Source: a virus (taxonomy: Duplodnaviria > Heunggongvirae > Uroviricota > Caudoviricetes). Taken from it: DNA of 64,000 nucleotides. Within the stretch, counting starts at the first letter, position 1. Each line of letters starts with the position of its first letter. A program made the translations under genes and the position numbers. Of this stretch, positions 26,818-36,550 are shown in pieces. The stretch is taken from positions 1 to 64,000 of the IMG/VR virus record IMGVR_UViG_2879469214_000007, one strand, 5' to 3'. The notes below the pieces were generated by a model. That model searched no databases. It saw only the letters and a program-made list of their open reading frames with translations, and was not told where the DNA came from.

Positions 26818-27165
26818 TTATAGGATGTCTTTCTCTCGTAGCTCTTGTTTCAGACTAGCAAGGTCAATCGCAAGTCCATAAACCATTTGTAGCCCCTCAA
26901 CTGCTTTTGCGGCTTTGATTTGTAAGAATCGGCTAACCCAAAAGTTAATGAACATGTGAAGCATTGAGATTAATAAGGAAGCTCCCATTGCTTCAAGTAT
27001 GCCAATCTCCTTTGTGCTAGGCATTAGCCATATAAAGAAGAAGTTATACACGAATGCCAGAGACAAACCAATCAATGCTACAATAGCTAGAAATATAATT
27101 ATGTCTACTAGAAAAATACCTAGTTTCCTAATTCGTTTCATAGTTACCCTCCTATAAGAATACAA
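26818..27165 (-). CDS. integral membrane protein
   Basis: Three predicted TM helices. The start overlaps the upstream gene. Confidence 0.4.
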   Translation of the reverse strand: MYSYRRVTMKRIRKLGIFLVDIIIFLAIVALIGLSLAFVYNFFFIWLMPSTKEIGILEAMGASLLISMLHMFINFWVSRFLQIKAAKAVEGLQMVYGLAIDLASLKQELREKDIL

Positions 27166-28237
27166 CCTTTGATTCGTTGAATATAATATTAGATTGTTCG
27201 TCGATATTAATAACTGAGTATGCTCTTGTCCACTTCGTTCTTGAGAACTTAGAGCCGTGATGATAGTCCATGTCGTAACATAAGCAACCTGTTTCCATTA
27301 GCAACACCTCGCCGCTAACAATACTACCTGCTCTATGTGTGTGACCAATTACGCAAGCTCGATGCCAAACATTTTCGATGATTGAGAAATACTCGCTTGT
27401 ATTTTGAACTGTCTTCAAGTTTGCATTGGTATAGTTATCAGGATGTGCAAAGATAGTATCAAACAACTTAACCCACCAGCTACCTACAACATGTACATTT
27501 GCTAGCTTTTGTTTCCCCAATACTTCTCCATTAACAAGAATTTGTAAGATATCTTGAGGGAATAAGAACTGTAGGTCTGTTGGAATAACTGCTTTAATAA
27601 AGGATTTAAGTCGGCGCTCGTGATTGCCTTCCGTGATAACTACATCCTTAAATCGTTTTGCGATAAATTCAACAAGCTCTCTGCCTTCACTTAGCTCTCG
27701 GCGCATTGCCACTTCTTTATCTTTTGCAAATTTTGATACTGCAAAAAGGTCTAGTAAGTCACCGTTAATCACAACGATATCGGCATCCCTATGTTCATTA
27801 ACAATGCTTGTTACTGCATCATACATAGTAAATGGAACATGGAGGTCAGATAGATAAAGAATTTTTGCCTTTTTACCCTTATATTTTCGAGCAATCAAAT
27901 CTGAAATTGCTTCCCTGCGAAGGTCGCCTTCTTCATGACGGAACAAAGATTTATCTTTGCTGAACGGGAAAGTAAATTCTTCGCTAACCTCCCCTCCAAA
28001 ATACTCTTCTTCAATTCCTAATTTACTTTTCGAAGTGCTGTTCCCTAAAATCTCATTAGCACTAATAGTCCCACCAATAGTCCCAGTGTTTTTCACAGAA
28101 TTTTTCCCTCTGTCTCCATTCGCCGCTAGACGACGCTTCACTTGTCGCTCTGTTAAACCAAGTCTTTCTGCAATTTCCTTACGTGAAAATCCTTTTTCTT
28201 TTAGTTGCAAACATGCATGTTTTTCATTTAGGTTCAT
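27152..28237 (-). CDS. HTH-containing calcineurin-like metallophosphoesterase
   Basis: N-terminal HTH (GFSRKEIAERLGLTERQVKRRL). Metallophosphatase motifs are D-x-H (ILYLSDLHVPF), GDLLD, GNHE and GHTH. Confidence 0.65.
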   Translation of the reverse strand: MNLNEKHACLQLKEKGFSRKEIAERLGLTERQVKRRLAANGDRGKNSVKNTGTIGGTISANEILGNSTSKSKLGIEEEYFGGEVSEEFTFPFSKDKSLFRHEEGDLRREAISDLIARKYKGKKAKILYLSDLHVPFTMYDAVTSIVNEHRDADIVVINGDLLDLFAVSKFAKDKEVAMRRELSEGRELVEFIAKRFKDVVITEGNHERRLKSFIKAVIPTDLQFLFPQDILQILVNGEVLGKQKLANVHVVGSWWVKLFDTIFAHPDNYTNANLKTVQNTSEYFSIIENVWHRACVIGHTHRAGSIVSGEVLLMETGCLCYDMDYHHGSKFSRTKWTRAYSVINIDEQSNIIFNESKVVFL

Positions 28238-28242
28238 TTAAT

Positions 28243-28488
28243 TCATCCTTCTGTAGTGTAGTTAATTGCTATGATTTGTTGAAAGAAACTGTATTCCGTT
28301 TCAAGAATTATCTTTGCGGCAGTCTGTTCAGACATCACCTTTTCATTTACCAGTGCAACCATTGATTCTTTAAATTGACTAATTGCATCTTTGTAATCCT
28401 CAATATTCTCGAAGACTATTTTCTTTTGACTCACTGCTGGCGTACCATTAAATAAAATTGATTTTTGTTCATTCTGTTCCACGTTCAT
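28243..28488 (-). CDS. hypothetical protein
   Basis: 81-aa ORF with SD AGGAGGATG upstream. Confidence 0.35.
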   Translation of the reverse strand: MNVEQNEQKSILFNGTPAVSQKKIVFENIEDYKDAISQFKESMVALVNEKVMSEQTAAKIILETEYSFFQQIIAINYTTEG

Positions 28489-28559
28489 CCTCCTTTATAT
28501 TATATTTATATTATAAGTTTTAGTGAAACATATGGGGGCACTAAGCCCCCTGTTCCGAA

Positions 28560-28790
28560 TCACTTTATGTCGGCAGACATTTCAAATAGAATTTCTTGTG
28601 CAGGGTCAAGAACATCGACCAATCGCATCAATTTTTCATAAGCATCAATTTCAATTTTACCCTCAGACAGCGAATGTTCAAGGAAATTTACTACTTGATT
28701 CTTATGTATGGCTTGAGAGATTCTAGCTGTGACCATTCGCTGTTCCCCTTTGTCTACCGTATTTCGCCTTACAATTATATTATAACACAT
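28560..28790 (-). CDS. hypothetical protein
   Basis: 76-aa ORF. Confidence 0.3.
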   Translation of the reverse strand: MCYNIIVRRNTVDKGEQRMVTARISQAIHKNQVVNFLEHSLSEGKIEIDAYEKLMRLVDVLDPAQEILFEMSADIK

Positions 28791-28946
28791 GGACGCAATA
28801 CGGACAAGGAAAAACTATGAATTATATCACATATTTGGTGCAAAAATAAAGAGGGATTTCAAATATGTAACTACTGAATAATAGTCAAAAAAATAATCGA
28901 AATTTTTAAAAGGATTTCATAAATAAATAAATTTTAAAGTATAATA

Positions 28947-29396
28947 TTATATTTCATCATCATCACTGTCATTATCATCTTTTTTAAAGTTTTTATCATT
29001 ATCTTGATATTCTCTTAGTTTTTGAGCAATTACATTACGTTCACCAGTTATTTTGTTTATTTCATTTCTTAGCTTTTCTATTTCATCATTTTGTGTTTGT
29101 ACTAAACCAGTTAAATATTCTATACGACCTTCTTTTGATTGTTCAACATTAAAATCCTGTATATCTCTTTTATAAATATAAGTTATTGCAAATCTTCTCG
29201 AAGTTGGTTTTATAATATCTATAACATTTTGTTTTTTTAGTTCTTTTATGGCTCTATGTGCTGTCGCAAGAGCTACCCCTGAGCCTTCTGCTATTTCAAC
29301 AACCGTTGCTTCGAATTGATTGGTGCCAACTTCCCGCACCTTCTGAACAAAGAAGGCTTCTACTTTCAACATATTCTCTTCCGACACATGATACAT
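28947..29396 (-). CDS. winged-helix DNA-binding protein with coiled-coil and acidic tail
   Basis: The likely start is Met-42 of the track ORF, at coordinate 29396, because GGAGGAC lies 9 nt upstream. The wH region is IAEGSGVALATAHRAIKELKKQNVI. The C-terminus is DDNDSDDDEI. Confidence 0.4.
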   Translation of the reverse strand: MYHVSEENMLKVEAFFVQKVREVGTNQFEATVVEIAEGSGVALATAHRAIKELKKQNVIDIIKPTSRRFAITYIYKRDIQDFNVEQSKEGRIEYLTGLVQTQNDEIEKLRNEINKITGERNVIAQKLREYQDNDKNFKKDDNDSDDDEI

Positions 29397-29585
29397 TTTA
29401 AATGTCCTCCATCTCTTTATCCACTGATTGTAATTAGGTTGAGTATAACACCTGTATAATATAAATGCAATACAAGTCCAACCAAAATGTGCTAATAAAT
29501 TGGATGAACTTGCTATCACACTTATAATATAACCATAATTTTAACACTGTAACCTTAATATCAGGTGACGATTAAATGAATATTT

Positions 29586-30302
29586 TTAGGACAATTTTAG
29601 CTTCTGAGCCTGCATAAAGCGAACATGGGTTCCTATATCGAGCCAGTTTGTACGCGAATGAGAACATATGTGCGCATGTATCATACCAGCTTGAGCGTAC
29701 CTCGGAAATATATCATGTTCGAGCATAATATATGTTTTATCTTGAATTGAATATAGCAGATTTCTATTGATACAATATATCCCAGCGTTTATTGTATTAC
29801 CATAACTGCTATCATCTGATGGCTTTTCGATAAATCCAGTTACTCTTCCGCTGGTTGCGCTATATTGCACAATCCCAAATCCGGTTGGGTCATCTACTTC
29901 AACAAGCGACATCGTTATTGGCATTTTATATTTCATATGTGTGCTTATTAAACTGCTTAAATCCATATCTGTTAAGACATCGCCATTCATCACTAACAAC
30001 TCTTCGGAATCCGATATATCCAAGCAGTTCCTCAATGCTCCGGCTGTTCCAAGTGGTATCACTCCGTCTTCTTTGTACTGAATACGAACTCCGAAATTCT
30101 CGCCATTACCAAAGTATTCTTCGATTTTCTCGTGCAAGTACCCTGTACTAAAGACAATATCTGTTATCCCGTGTTTCTTTAAAAGTCTAATTTGATACTC
30201 TAAATGAGGTACGCCATTTATAGGCAACATGGGTTTTGGTGTATCAAGAGTGAGGGGGTGGAGCCTAGTTCCCTTTCCCCCACTTAGAATTATTGCTTGC
30301 AT
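29586..30302 (-). CDS. sugar-1-phosphate nucleotidyltransferase
   Basis: MQAIILSGGKGTRLHPLTLDTPKPMLPI is the GxGxR nucleotidyltransferase signature of GlmU, RmlA and GMPP enzymes. Confidence 0.7.
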   Translation of the reverse strand: MQAIILSGGKGTRLHPLTLDTPKPMLPINGVPHLEYQIRLLKKHGITDIVFSTGYLHEKIEEYFGNGENFGVRIQYKEDGVIPLGTAGALRNCLDISDSEELLVMNGDVLTDMDLSSLISTHMKYKMPITMSLVEVDDPTGFGIVQYSATSGRVTGFIEKPSDDSSYGNTINAGIYCINRNLLYSIQDKTYIMLEHDIFPRYAQAGMIHAHICSHSRTNWLDIGTHVRFMQAQKLKLS

Positions 30303-31462
30303 ACTTCTTCAATAACTTCCTTAAGAATTTCACCTGATTTATCCCATGTCATTTGCTCCATTTGTTGTCTGCCAGCTTTACCTTTAGCTTCAACTAACTG
30401 AGGATTTTCATACGCTTTTCTCATTTCTTTTTTTAGACTTTCAAGGTTTGGTTCTGCCCATTTCATGTCCGGCGTGAACAAATTATTAAAGTGTGGAGAA
30501 ATACCTTTCTCAACCCCGTAATCAGTTGAAACCAAGTCATAATCCACTAAGAAAGAGTTCTCGTTGGTTAAGAAATCCATAGAACCTCCCCATGCAGTAG
30601 CAATGACCGGAACACCGCTGGACAGGGATTCAATGTAAGGAAGCCCTACTCCCTCACCTCTTGTTGGGAGAACAAAAACATCTCCAAGAACATATAGCCC
30701 TTTAAGGTCATCATCATCAAACATACTGGTTGAAACATAAACTGGTGCAGTATTAGAAAATCCAAGATGCTCTTTGTATCCAGCAATTTGCTTGATAATT
30801 ATTCGAGACTCTTCTTTGCTTACATTATGTCCCCAATAGGTCTTGAGAACCAAAGAAACATTGTCCTTGTCAGTAAATTCTTCCCAAAAAGCTCGAAGAA
30901 GAATTTCAGGTGCTTTTCTATGTTGCCATTGAAACACCGAAAGAAAATTGAAACTATTCTGTACATTTGCCAATGGGAGAACAGTATTATCAGGGCTATA
31001 TGTATTTACATCAGCACCGTGCGGCACTACATAAATAGGCGATATAACCCCACTGTCACTCAATGCATCTTTATTCTGAGTTGTGGGAATAATTACTGCA
31101 TCGGCTTCATTAGAGCTTTCTAGCCAATTACTAGGTATTTTCGTGGTTTCCCAGACCGTCAAGATAATTACTTTATCGAAAGTATTCTTCTCTACAAGTG
31201 GTTTTACTCCATTTGGCTGAGCATGATAAATCAATACCTTCTTCTTATCTTGAGCATATGGCTTGTTAATCAATTCTTTAAGTCTGGATATCTGCTCCTG
31301 ACTTATTTCTGCTGTGAAAATTGTGCTTCCTTGTGCCATTGGCTCGATTTTAACGTCTACCCCAAGACGGTCAATTGCGAGAAGATATTCCCTGCTTGCT
31401 CTGTCGTAACCTGTTGAGCCGCCAACATATCCTCTCCAAACAACTTGGTAATCATTGTTCAT
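30290..31462 (-). CDS. GT-B glycosyltransferase (group 1 / GT4-like)
   Basis: C-terminal EGVGLPYIESLSSGVPVIATAWGGSMDFL is the GT1 E-x7-E sugar-donor motif. Confidence 0.65.
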   Translation of the reverse strand: MNNDYQVVWRGYVGGSTGYDRASREYLLAIDRLGVDVKIEPMAQGSTIFTAEISQEQISRLKELINKPYAQDKKKVLIYHAQPNGVKPLVEKNTFDKVIILTVWETTKIPSNWLESSNEADAVIIPTTQNKDALSDSGVISPIYVVPHGADVNTYSPDNTVLPLANVQNSFNFLSVFQWQHRKAPEILLRAFWEEFTDKDNVSLVLKTYWGHNVSKEESRIIIKQIAGYKEHLGFSNTAPVYVSTSMFDDDDLKGLYVLGDVFVLPTRGEGVGLPYIESLSSGVPVIATAWGGSMDFLTNENSFLVDYDLVSTDYGVEKGISPHFNNLFTPDMKWAEPNLESLKKEMRKAYENPQLVEAKGKAGRQQMEQMTWDKSGEILKEVIEEVCKQ

Positions 31463-31670
31463 CGTGTTCCTCCTTAATTACTTTAAAGTGCTGTCTATAT
31501 TCTTTGTCTTTCATGAAAAGCTCTCTAAGACAACCGTTCTCGTCTTTTACCATCAAATATTCTACTCCGTTCTTATATTTGGCTTCCTTCACCACAGGGT
31601 ACTCAACGCCCCCATGGAAAAGGATGTTACCTCCATAATCAGCTACGGGTAGTTTGCAAAATACCTTCAT
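31452..31670 (-). CDS. hypothetical small protein
   Basis: 72-aa ORF coupled between the two glycosyltransferases. Confidence 0.3.
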   Translation of the reverse strand: MKVFCKLPVADYGGNILFHGGVEYPVVKEAKYKNGVEYLMVKDENGCLRELFMKDKEYRQHFKVIKEEHDEQ

Positions 31671-31682
31671 GATGCTTCCCCC

Positions 31683-32867
31683 CTAGATGGATACGAATGT
31701 AGGATAAATTCTTTTATTTCTACTTATAGCGCTCGGTTCGACATGTTTTAGAAGAGAAATAAAGTCTTTACTAATCTTTTCCCAGTCGTAGTTCTCCGCA
31801 AGCTTTCTGCCTTCTGTAGAGTAATAAGTTAGTTTCTTCTTATCTTTCTTCTTCCAATCGTTATAGAAGAACTCAAGTTTTCTCACAATATCTTCTACAT
31901 CTACAACAGCTTGTTCTATGTTTCTGCCCATGATAAGAGTGTCTTTTACTTTAAGTAGTTCTTGGCGGTCTACAACCAGCTCAGAACAAGCTGAGAAGTC
32001 TGTTACTAAGACAGGTACGCCGCAAGACTGCGCTTCAAGAATTGGCAAACCAAACCCTTCTGCCATTGTAGGAAGTACAAAGATGTCGAATGTGTTGTAA
32101 ATCTGAACAAGTTCTTCGTCTTTAACTCCCTCTAAAGCATTAAATCCTGTTGTAGTAAATGCTTTTTCATCAAGATTGTAACGCCCTACAAGTTCATCTA
32201 TATTCCAACCTACATCTCTTACCTGAGTATGCATGTACAAGATTGTATCTTCCTTGTTAGCCGCAAAAATACTGAATGCTTTTATAAGAGCCGGTAGGTT
32301 TTTTCTTGGCTGATTTCTTGCTACAGTTCCTACAACGAATTTATCTGGAACACCAAACTCAGTCTTTACTTCTTCTTTATCCAGCGGCATGAAGATTTTT
32401 GTATCTACACCGTGAGGAATGAACAGTGGTGCTTTTTGGTTAGGCAAAGTGTTTCTGATTAATTCATAGGCATACTTGCTAAACACTACCGGAACATCCG
32501 CACTCGTAATCCACTGGTGCCAGTTCTTCGGAATAGGATGACCATCCAGAGGGAAGTAGCTTATCCAAGTGACTGCATTTCGTTCATCCATATTGGGTAC
32601 AAAGTCTAGCATCCATGGGTCGCCCAAAGTGAATAAGATATCAGGTTTCTCGATGCGGATATAGTTTGCAAGCATATTCTCTCCAAATCTATCATTTTGA
32701 GATGCTGGTAGAATATTATACGGTAGGCTATGCGGTTCCCCGCCGTAGCCCCAACCGATAACTTCTACTTGGTGTCCAGCATTTAAGAAAGATTGCGCGA
32801 GAGTCTTAATGACTCGCCCATACCCTGTTGGGAGAGTTGGGCTATCAGACATCATGATTATTTTCAT
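31683..32867 (-). CDS. GT-B glycosyltransferase (group 1)
   Basis: EGFGLPILEAQSCGVPVLVTDFSACSELV is the GT1 motif. Confidence 0.65.
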   Translation of the reverse strand: MKIIMMSDSPTLPTGYGRVIKTLAQSFLNAGHQVEVIGWGYGGEPHSLPYNILPASQNDRFGENMLANYIRIEKPDILFTLGDPWMLDFVPNMDERNAVTWISYFPLDGHPIPKNWHQWITSADVPVVFSKYAYELIRNTLPNQKAPLFIPHGVDTKIFMPLDKEEVKTEFGVPDKFVVGTVARNQPRKNLPALIKAFSIFAANKEDTILYMHTQVRDVGWNIDELVGRYNLDEKAFTTTGFNALEGVKDEELVQIYNTFDIFVLPTMAEGFGLPILEAQSCGVPVLVTDFSACSELVVDRQELLKVKDTLIMGRNIEQAVVDVEDIVRKLEFFYNDWKKKDKKKLTYYSTEGRKLAENYDWEKISKDFISLLKHVEPSAISRNKRIYPTFVSI

Positions 32868-33327
32868 TGGCGTACTCCTTTACAATAAGCTCAACAAAAG
32901 GCATTAGACCTTCATATGGAGCAATCAAAATCTCAAGTCTTTCTTCTTCCTTCGTTTCACAAAACACTCGTTCACCGATAATGAGTTGGAAATACTTATC
33001 ATCTTCAATACCAGTCTTGCAAATCTGAATCTCATTTTTGCCGCGTTTGATAGTTTTACCATGGTCAATACTGTCTTGAATTGCTTTGAAACAGTTATCG
33101 ACATCAATATGTCTCTTACCGTATTGGTAAATTCTTACGTAGATACAATGATATCCAGTTAATACATGTGGGATAGCTTTACTCGCTATTCCTCCGATAG
33201 TAAGTTCATATTCTTCTAGTTCTTTAGTTGTATATATAATCCCTCGCTTACCTATTACTCGAACCCCATACATGTTAGATTTCGCAATAGGACGACCGGG
33301 AACAACCAGCTTATAAAATTCTGTCAA
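32845..33327 (-). CDS. rusA: RusA-like Holliday junction resolvase
   Basis: The N-terminus is PGRPIAKSNMY. The catalytic region is HIDVDNCFKAIQDSI...EDDKYF, which fits the RusA D-x-D-N...K...D pattern. Confidence 0.5.
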   Translation of the reverse strand: MTEFYKLVVPGRPIAKSNMYGVRVIGKRGIIYTTKELEEYELTIGGIASKAIPHVLTGYHCIYVRIYQYGKRHIDVDNCFKAIQDSIDHGKTIKRGKNEIQICKTGIEDDKYFQLIIGERVFCETKEEERLEILIAPYEGLMPFVELIVKEYANENNHDV

Positions 33328-33343
33328 TTATTCATCTACCTTT

Positions 33344-33568
33344 TCATATGTCTCTTTGAAGATATCTGGCTTGGTAAATCTCACCTTTGATTCCTTTAAT
33401 GATGTAATCACCGCGCTCAGCTCTCATAGTTCCTTCTAATGTGTAAATATAGAGTTGTCCTTGGTTATAGTTGACTTGATAGGCTCCCGAGAACTCTCCG
33501 ATTTCTGCAATGTTGGTGCCTTTAAATCTGATGGCTTCAACTTCAACTGGCTTCTTTCTGTATTTCAA
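33344..33568 (-). CDS. hypothetical protein
   Basis: 74-aa ORF. Confidence 0.3.
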   Translation of the reverse strand: MKYRKKPVEVEAIRFKGTNIAEIGEFSGAYQVNYNQGQLYIYTLEGTMRAERGDYIIKGIKGEIYQARYLQRDI

Positions 33569-33619
33569 GATTCGCGCTCCTTAGAGTATAGTAAAGGGGG
33601 CTGAACGCCCCCCATGGAA

Positions 33620-34438
33620 TTACTTCCTCATTTCACCGTTGATTACAACTACGACTTCCTTGCCTTGCTCGAATGTCAATTCTTCGAGTGCAGACTTTCC
33701 ATATCGTGTTACAATCGCACCTACGAACTCGTCTTTATTCAAATCTGGTTTCTTGCGAACAAGGATGTTCAACATGTTACCAATAGCTTTGATTTGATTC
33801 TCATTGATAGGCTCTGCTGTGTCCGAAGCTGTCCCTGTTGCAGTTGCGCTTGCTCCGGCTGGTTCATTAGTCCCTGTTGCTTGTTCGTCAAACGGCAGAC
33901 CGTCAGAAGATGGTTGAGTAGCATTGGTTTCTGCCGCTCTCTTTTCTGCTACCTTAGCTTGAGCACGAGCACGAGCTTCTTCGCGTGCATTTGGAGCTGG
34001 TGTAGCTGGTGCAGAAGGTGTTGTCGCGCCTTCATCATCAAGTTCTGGAAGGTCTTCGCCAGCATAGATGTACAATCCAAGACCGTGGAGCGCAATTGCT
34101 TTAACAAGGCATCGTTGGATGCTTGTATTGATTTGGAATGCATTAGGCTGTGCAATTGGACGGTTATTGTTGTCCAGAACCGGATGGATTTGCGAGTGTG
34201 TAATGCCCTCTACTGTTACCGCAACCTCTACGAAGAATCCACATTCAGTCTTGAAGAACGGCTGTCCTTTTTCATCGCGCTTTGTCTCCCAAGTCGCGTC
34301 TGGATGTGCTTTCTTCAATGTTTGAATCGCATAAGTCCAAGACAGGTAGCTGAACTTTCCTTTCTTCTCTACATACTTGCTTACGTCATTCTTTGCTAGT
34401 TCCGCAAAGTAGTTCATTTCTGCTGTTGCTGTTGTCAT
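33620..34438 (-). CDS. Rad52/Sak-type single-strand annealing protein with low-complexity linker
   Basis: KFSYLSWTYAIQTLKKAHPDATWE and RCLVKAIALHGLGLYIYAGEDLP match Rad52-like SSAP motifs. The middle is an Ala/Thr/Pro-rich linker. Confidence 0.55.
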   Translation of the reverse strand: MTTATAEMNYFAELAKNDVSKYVEKKGKFSYLSWTYAIQTLKKAHPDATWETKRDEKGQPFFKTECGFFVEVAVTVEGITHSQIHPVLDNNNRPIAQPNAFQINTSIQRCLVKAIALHGLGLYIYAGEDLPELDDEGATTPSAPATPAPNAREEARARAQAKVAEKRAAETNATQPSSDGLPFDEQATGTNEPAGASATATGTASDTAEPINENQIKAIGNMLNILVRKKPDLNKDEFVGAIVTRYGKSALEELTFEQGKEVVVVINGEMRK

Positions 34439-34681
34439 ATATGTTAATCACCTTTCGATTTTAAGTTTTATATTATATTTATATTATATTACAAGAGTGC
34501 CATAAGAGACTCCGACAAAACGATAGGTTGTTCCTCGCTATGGAACTGTGCAAGCATGTTTACCATTGGAGAGTTCTCGTATGCTTCAACAGATGTATCA
34601 TATTGGATTTCCTTTTCCATTCCATTTTCTTGAACTGTGATTGTCTTTTTCATTTTGTCGTTCCCCCTGAATAATATAATA

Positions 34682-35554
34682 TTAGATTGCTAGATTACTT
34701 AACGATTCCCTTATAAGGGGCAATTTTTCTTTCCCAGCCACATATCCTCTAGTAAAACATTCTTCTAATCTTTCAAAATCAAGAATATTGACATCATCTA
34801 AAGGAAGTCTTAGCGTCATATCGTGATATCTTGCATCTATGTCAACATTTCGCTTTGTAACGATATCTACTGTTTGTCTAAGGATAGAGGGAATGCCTTC
34901 TAGCTTATAGTTGCTCTCATAGCTCGACAGGGCAATCGTAACCACTCTATCAGCTCCCATTGCGAAAGCTATATCAGAAGGAAGGTTGTTTGTCAGTCCT
35001 CCATCTACAAGCGTTCTGTAGTCAAGCTGTTTAGGCAAAAATACTGCTGGCAAGGAACATGAAGCCCTAACGATTTCACTGAGGTTTAAATCTCCCCAGC
35101 TATTCCATTCTGTATAGGCGTACTCAATCTTGCTCCAATCGTATTGCGTTTCATTTGTAAAGATTAACTGACTGCCATCAATCAAATTCGTCGTAGCGAT
35201 ACCCAATGGTTTCTTAATCTCACCTATTCGCTTACCGTCAAATATTTGATTAAGAGATTTTTCGAGTCGTTTCCCTTTGAACAATCCTTGAATCATCTTT
35301 TCCTTACTGGTCATCCCGGCAATAATGTGAACGAAAGCGATATCCAAGACATTTCTTGTTACCTTGAATTTCTCAAAAGCTTTTATGGGTTCATATCCCA
35401 AAGCTAAGAGCGATGCGGCTATTGAGCCACCGCTTGTTCCGGCGTATATCTCCGGTACAATGCCGTCTTCCAGTAAAGCTTGTACGACTCCCAATTGTGC
35501 GGCTGACCTTACTCCGCCGCCACCCAAGGCTATACCAAGCTTCAAATGTGTCAC
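34682..35554 (-). CDS. patatin-like phospholipase
   Basis: GIALGGGGVRSAAQLG is the oxyanion GGGxR motif. GTSGGS is the GxSxG nucleophile. A DGG catalytic Asp is also present. Confidence 0.7.
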   Translation of the reverse strand: MTHLKLGIALGGGGVRSAAQLGVVQALLEDGIVPEIYAGTSGGSIAASLLALGYEPIKAFEKFKVTRNVLDIAFVHIIAGMTSKEKMIQGLFKGKRLEKSLNQIFDGKRIGEIKKPLGIATTNLIDGSQLIFTNETQYDWSKIEYAYTEWNSWGDLNLSEIVRASCSLPAVFLPKQLDYRTLVDGGLTNNLPSDIAFAMGADRVVTIALSSYESNYKLEGIPSILRQTVDIVTKRNVDIDARYHDMTLRLPLDDVNILDFERLEECFTRGYVAGKEKLPLIRESLSNLAI

Positions 35555-36141
35555 TCCTTAATGTATTTCTTATCAAGCAAACTGTAGTCCCTTTGAATAG
35601 GACTGAACTTTTCCCAGTTGAACAAATCAACATTACATCTATATGTTTCTTTCCCGTAAACGCGTTCGGCTTCAATGCCCATATTCATGATTTGGTTTGG
35701 TGTAACCAAGATGAATTTTGGAGAATCCGTCGATATTCCCATAACGAATAGAATCACTACATTATCCAGTTCATCATATTGCTCAAGCTGTTTTTTCTTG
35801 AAGTAGGCAAATTTAGAATGTGGATTGCAAACCTTAACCTCAACTAAATTACAGCGGATACGGCGGTGTTTTTTGTATTTAAGTAGGTAGTCAGGGAAAA
35901 TATCGACATTGGCGACATTCCCATCTTCGTAGATTACTACTCCCTCTTCTTCGGAGCCGACATAGATGACCTCTGGTTTCTCGACCACGCTTGTCTTGAG
36001 AATTTCTCTAAAAATGTTGATTGCGTGGACTTCCTTTTTCAATCCATCTTGTAAATCCTTGATGAATTGCTCTTTGGTTCTATCGTCGAATTTGTAATCA
36101 TTCACATTGTATTTCTCTGCTGTCATTTCAACCTGTGTCAC
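35551..36141 (-). CDS. hypothetical protein, possible PD-(D/E)XK fold
   Basis: VDIFPD...NLVEVKV is compatible with a D...E-x-K nuclease core. Its stop overlaps the patatin start. The assignment is tentative. Confidence 0.25.
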   Translation of the reverse strand: MTQVEMTAEKYNVNDYKFDDRTKEQFIKDLQDGLKKEVHAINIFREILKTSVVEKPEVIYVGSEEEGVVIYEDGNVANVDIFPDYLLKYKKHRRIRCNLVEVKVCNPHSKFAYFKKKQLEQYDELDNVVILFVMGISTDSPKFILVTPNQIMNMGIEAERVYGKETYRCNVDLFNWEKFSPIQRDYSLLDKKYIKE

Positions 36142-36550
36142 TCCCGATGAATAAATTTTGTTCTACCCACAGCCAGTCGATTTCCTTAATGAAGTTTGCT
36201 CTGTCGTCGATATAGACATCTGCGAACACCTTCCGGCTGTTATCAGGGAACATCTCCCTGCCATCTGATAAGTTGTCATTAAATGCTTCGAACTTGATTC
36301 CTGCGCTCACAAGCATTGCTTTCACTTTCTCTGCTTGGTCGCCTGTTCTGCATGTCCAGATGATAATCTTGCCGCCATGGTCAATAATCTTCTTTAGGAC
36401 CCGTTCGGCATGTGGTTTGAAGCCCCCGATTTCTGGATAATCTTCATACGCAATAGTTCCGTCAAAATCAATCGCTATGGTTTGATACTTCAATTTCAAG
36501 AAACTACACATCCTTTGACAGTTTAATTGCGAGTGGCAAGAGCCACGCAT
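36128..36550 (-). CDS. HAD-superfamily phosphatase (nucleotidase-like)
   Basis: Motif I is IAIDFDGTIA. Motif II is the Thr in IIIWTCRTG. Motif IV is VYIDDRANF. Confidence 0.55.
   Translation of the reverse strand: MRGSCHSQLNCQRMCSFLKLKYQTIAIDFDGTIAYEDYPEIGGFKPHAERVLKKIIDHGGKIIIWTCRTGDQAEKVKAMLVSAGIKFEAFNDNLSDGREMFPDNSRKVFADVYIDDRANFIKEIDWLWVEQNLFIGSDTG

Noticed and set aside
28947-29519. Full 190-aa ORF starting at 29519
   Set aside because: The first 41 codons are Cys/Trp-rich and lack an SD. An internal ATG at 29396 has GGAGGAC at ideal spacing, so the shorter product is preferred.
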